This document shows, piece by piece, positions 61,928 to 64,000 of a stretch of DNA of 64,000 nucleotides. Source of the stretch: Candidatus Latescibacterota bacterium (GTDB lineage Bacteria > Latescibacterota > UBA2968); contig OZ240241.1 of the NCBI GenBank assembly GCA_965198115.1, positions 1,536,001 to 1,600,000 on the forward strand, in the 5' to 3' direction. The notes under the pieces are model-generated. The model had not been told where the DNA came from, made no database searches, and worked only from the letters and a program-made list of their open reading frames with translations. Numbering within the stretch: the stretch's first letter is position 1; each line of letters opens with the position of its first letter. A program made the translations under genes and the position numbers.

Positions 61928-63195
61928 ACACCACGCCGTCCATTCGTCGTCAAAACCAGGGCCTGCTGGCCCCGTTGTCTGTCCCGGACTACCGTCGGCT
62001 CCTCATCAGCAACGCGTTGTGGTGGCAGGCTTCGTGGATGGAAATGATCGTGATCGGCTGGCTCGTCCTGGAGCTGACCGATTCGCCGTGGCAGGTCGCC
62101 CTCGTCATGTTCTATGGTTCCGTTCCCCGGCTGGTCTGGGGACTCGCCAGCGGTGCCGTTGTCGACCGAGTCGGTCGGCGCCGCATCATTCTTACGTGCC
62201 AGACGGTGAACCTGCTCGGCTACGCCACGATCGCGGCGCTCATCTGGACGGATCAACTCGTCTTCTGGCACCTCTGCGTTGTCTCCTTTATCGTCGGCAC
62301 CGCTTGGGCCTTCGATTGGCTCGCTCGCAGATCCTACTTGCCCGATCTCGTGGGCAAGGCACGAACCGTCGACGCGATGTTGCTCGAGAACTTCGCGCAG
62401 ATTGTCTCCCGCATCCTCGGGCCGTTCACCGGGGGTGTCCTGATCGACGCACTCGGTCCGAAGGGATGCTACGTCGTGCTCGTCGGTCTCTCCCTTCTCG
62501 CCCTGATCATCCTCACCGGGCTGTCCGCCAAGCCCAGACCGTCGACTTCGCGTCCCATACGACACGTCATCCGGGACATCGTAGATGGGTTCCGGTATGT
62601 CCGTCGTACCGAAGCCATTTTCGGCACGTTCATCATCACCGTCATCATGAACAACCTATCGTTTTCCTACATGGCTCTCTTACCCGTGTTTGCGCGGGAT
62701 GTGTTGGGACAGGGTGCAACGGGGCTTGGTATCCTCGGAACGGGAAATGGCATCGGTGCCCTGATTGGTCTCTTCATCATCAAATCCGTTCGACGCAAGA
62801 TCAGCACCGGGCTGATTTTCAGCTTCGGATCCGTGATCCAGCCGATCGCCTTGTTTGCCTTCTCGAACTCAACCGTGTTCGAACTGTCGCTCGGTCTCCT
62901 CATCTGTGCCGGTATCGGGCAAGCGTCGTTCAGCGTGATGCAGAGCTCCATCGTGCTCGTCAACGCGAGTGACGAAATGCGAAGTCGCGCCATGGGCAGC
63001 ATCGTCATCGGCATCGGCGCAGGTCCCCCAGGCAAGCTCCAGGTCGGCGCTCTCGCCGAAGCTTTCGGCGCGCCTTTCGCCCTGGGCGCTCAGACGTCGG
63101 TCTGCACCATCGCCGTGCTCACGATCGCCATGCTCATGCCCGGCCTCAGGCGAGCGAGGGAGCCCGATCCCGTCACAGCGGCCGCAGACGATTGA
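61924..63195 (+). CDS. MFS transporter
   Basis: About 12 hydrophobic segments; G.VVDRVGRRR motif A; EMRSRAM. Confidence 0.9.
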   Translation: MNTTPSIRRQNQGLLAPLSVPDYRRLLISNALWWQASWMEMIVIGWLVLELTDSPWQVALVMFYGSVPRLVWGLASGAVVDRVGRRRIILTCQTVNLLGYATIAALIWTDQLVFWHLCVVSFIVGTAWAFDWLARRSYLPDLVGKARTVDAMLLENFAQIVSRILGPFTGGVLIDALGPKGCYVVLVGLSLLALIILTGLSAKPRPSTSRPIRHVIRDIVDGFRYVRRTEAIFGTFIITVIMNNLSFSYMALLPVFARDVLGQGATGLGILGTGNGIGALIGLFIIKSVRRKISTGLIFSFGSVIQPIALFAFSNSTVFELSLGLLICAGIGQASFSVMQSSIVLVNASDEMRSRAMGSIVIGIGAGPPGKLQVGALAEAFGAPFALGAQTSVCTIAVLTIAMLMPGLRRAREPDPVTAAADD

Positions 63196-63275
63196 TCTGA
63201 CCATTGCACCATTTTGGGGTCACGGCGTGCCGTGACCCTACGCGGGATTGCAGATTACCTCAAACAGGAAACCCT

Positions 63276-64000
63276 ATGCTCCACACCCGCTCGCTCGACG
63301 ACCGAACGACCGAGATCTACCGCAGCCCCGGTCGCTTCACCAAGAATCCCGACCTCATCCGTCTCGACTCGGGTCGCCTCATGCTCGTTTACAGCGACAC
63401 CGATTCACATTGGTCGCAGGTGGACCAGATCCTCACGACCGTCGTCAGCGACGACGATGGCCACACGTGGTCGAAACATCGCGAGGTGGCCACAGCCGAC
63501 ATCGCAGCAGGTGACGAGCGGCTCGTGACGCCTCGACTAAGCAAGCTCGGCGACCGCCGTCTCGTCATCTTGTGCGATCACAACGACGAAGGCCATTTCC
63601 ACGAGGATCAGGCATCGGGAAACTGGGCGTGGTGGAGCGACGACGACGGAGAAACCTGGTCCGACGGCCAGGTAACGGGTATTGGCGGGTTCGAACCCGA
63701 TCGAATGATGGACCTGCCCGACGGCCGTCTGGGCGTCGTCTCCCACATCATGCGTGGCGAGACCCAGGACTCGCGGTCATCCTCACGGTGTCGAGCGATG
63801 GCGGGTCGACGTGGCACGAAGCGGCCACCATCGCTCACGACGGCTACCACCGATTCTGCGAAGGCGCGCTCGTTTATCTACACGACGGCCGCCGTCTCGC
63901 CTGCGTCATGCGTGAAAACCATTCCGCCGGCATCCCTTCTTTCGTCACCTTTTCCGATGACAGCAGCAAGACGTGGGGGCCTCCGCAACCGTTGCCGTTC
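63276..64000 (+). CDS. BNR/Asp-box (sialidase-like) protein, runs off the window, apparent frameshift near 63770
   Basis: ATG 63276: MLHTRSLDDRTTEIYRSPGRFTKNPDL...SDDDGHTW...SDDDGETW; SSDGGSTW follows in another frame. Confidence 0.75.
   Translation, partial: MLHTRSLDDRTTEIYRSPGRFTKNPDLIRLDSGRLMLVYSDTDSHWSQVDQILTTVVSDDDGHTWSKHREVATADIAAGDERLVTPRLSKLGDRRLVILCDHNDEGHFHEDQASGNWAWWSDDDGETWSDGQVTGIGGFEPDRMMDLPDGRLGVVSHIMRGETQDSRSSSRCRAMAGRRGTKRPPSLTTATTDSAKARSFIYTTAAVSPASCVKTIPPASLLSSPFPMTAARRGGLRNRCR

Overview
GC-rich bacterial chromosomal window. The many PhyH dioxygenase, BNR/sialidase, aldo-keto reductase and enolase genes suggest an uncultured heterotroph such as Latescibacterota; this is inference only. 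The first ~19.5 kb is a decaying surface-polysaccharide region: amtB, a GT-C membrane glycosyltransferase pseudogene, cysC, gmhB, a capD-like gene, a TPR protein, an O-antigen ligase/polymerase, an acetyltransferase, an oxidoreductase, a priming sugar transferase, a run of gene fragments, and two near-identical inverted IS256 copies. The rest is metabolic and housekeeping: yajQ, nagA, dmpA, mqnB/mqnD, Co-type nitrile hydratase, garR, ychF, a GS-like ligase, tandem queF, kbl, purA and sialidases. The most striking element is an 821-bp transposase-less unit at 3534-4354 with TGT...ACA ends, 45-bp imperfect inverted repeats and a 7-bp target duplication. Its cargo resembles phage cos packaging regions plus the 5' end of a small-terminase gene, making it a candidate packaging-signal-carrying MITE. 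Other oddities: a secreted metalloprotease between nthB and nthA flanked by heptamer-repeat hairpins, a tandem QueF pair with one copy lacking its catalytic residues, many short-period repeat patches at gene junctions, and several 1-bp frameshifts that may be decay or assembly error. All product calls come from motif recognition by eye, not database searches.
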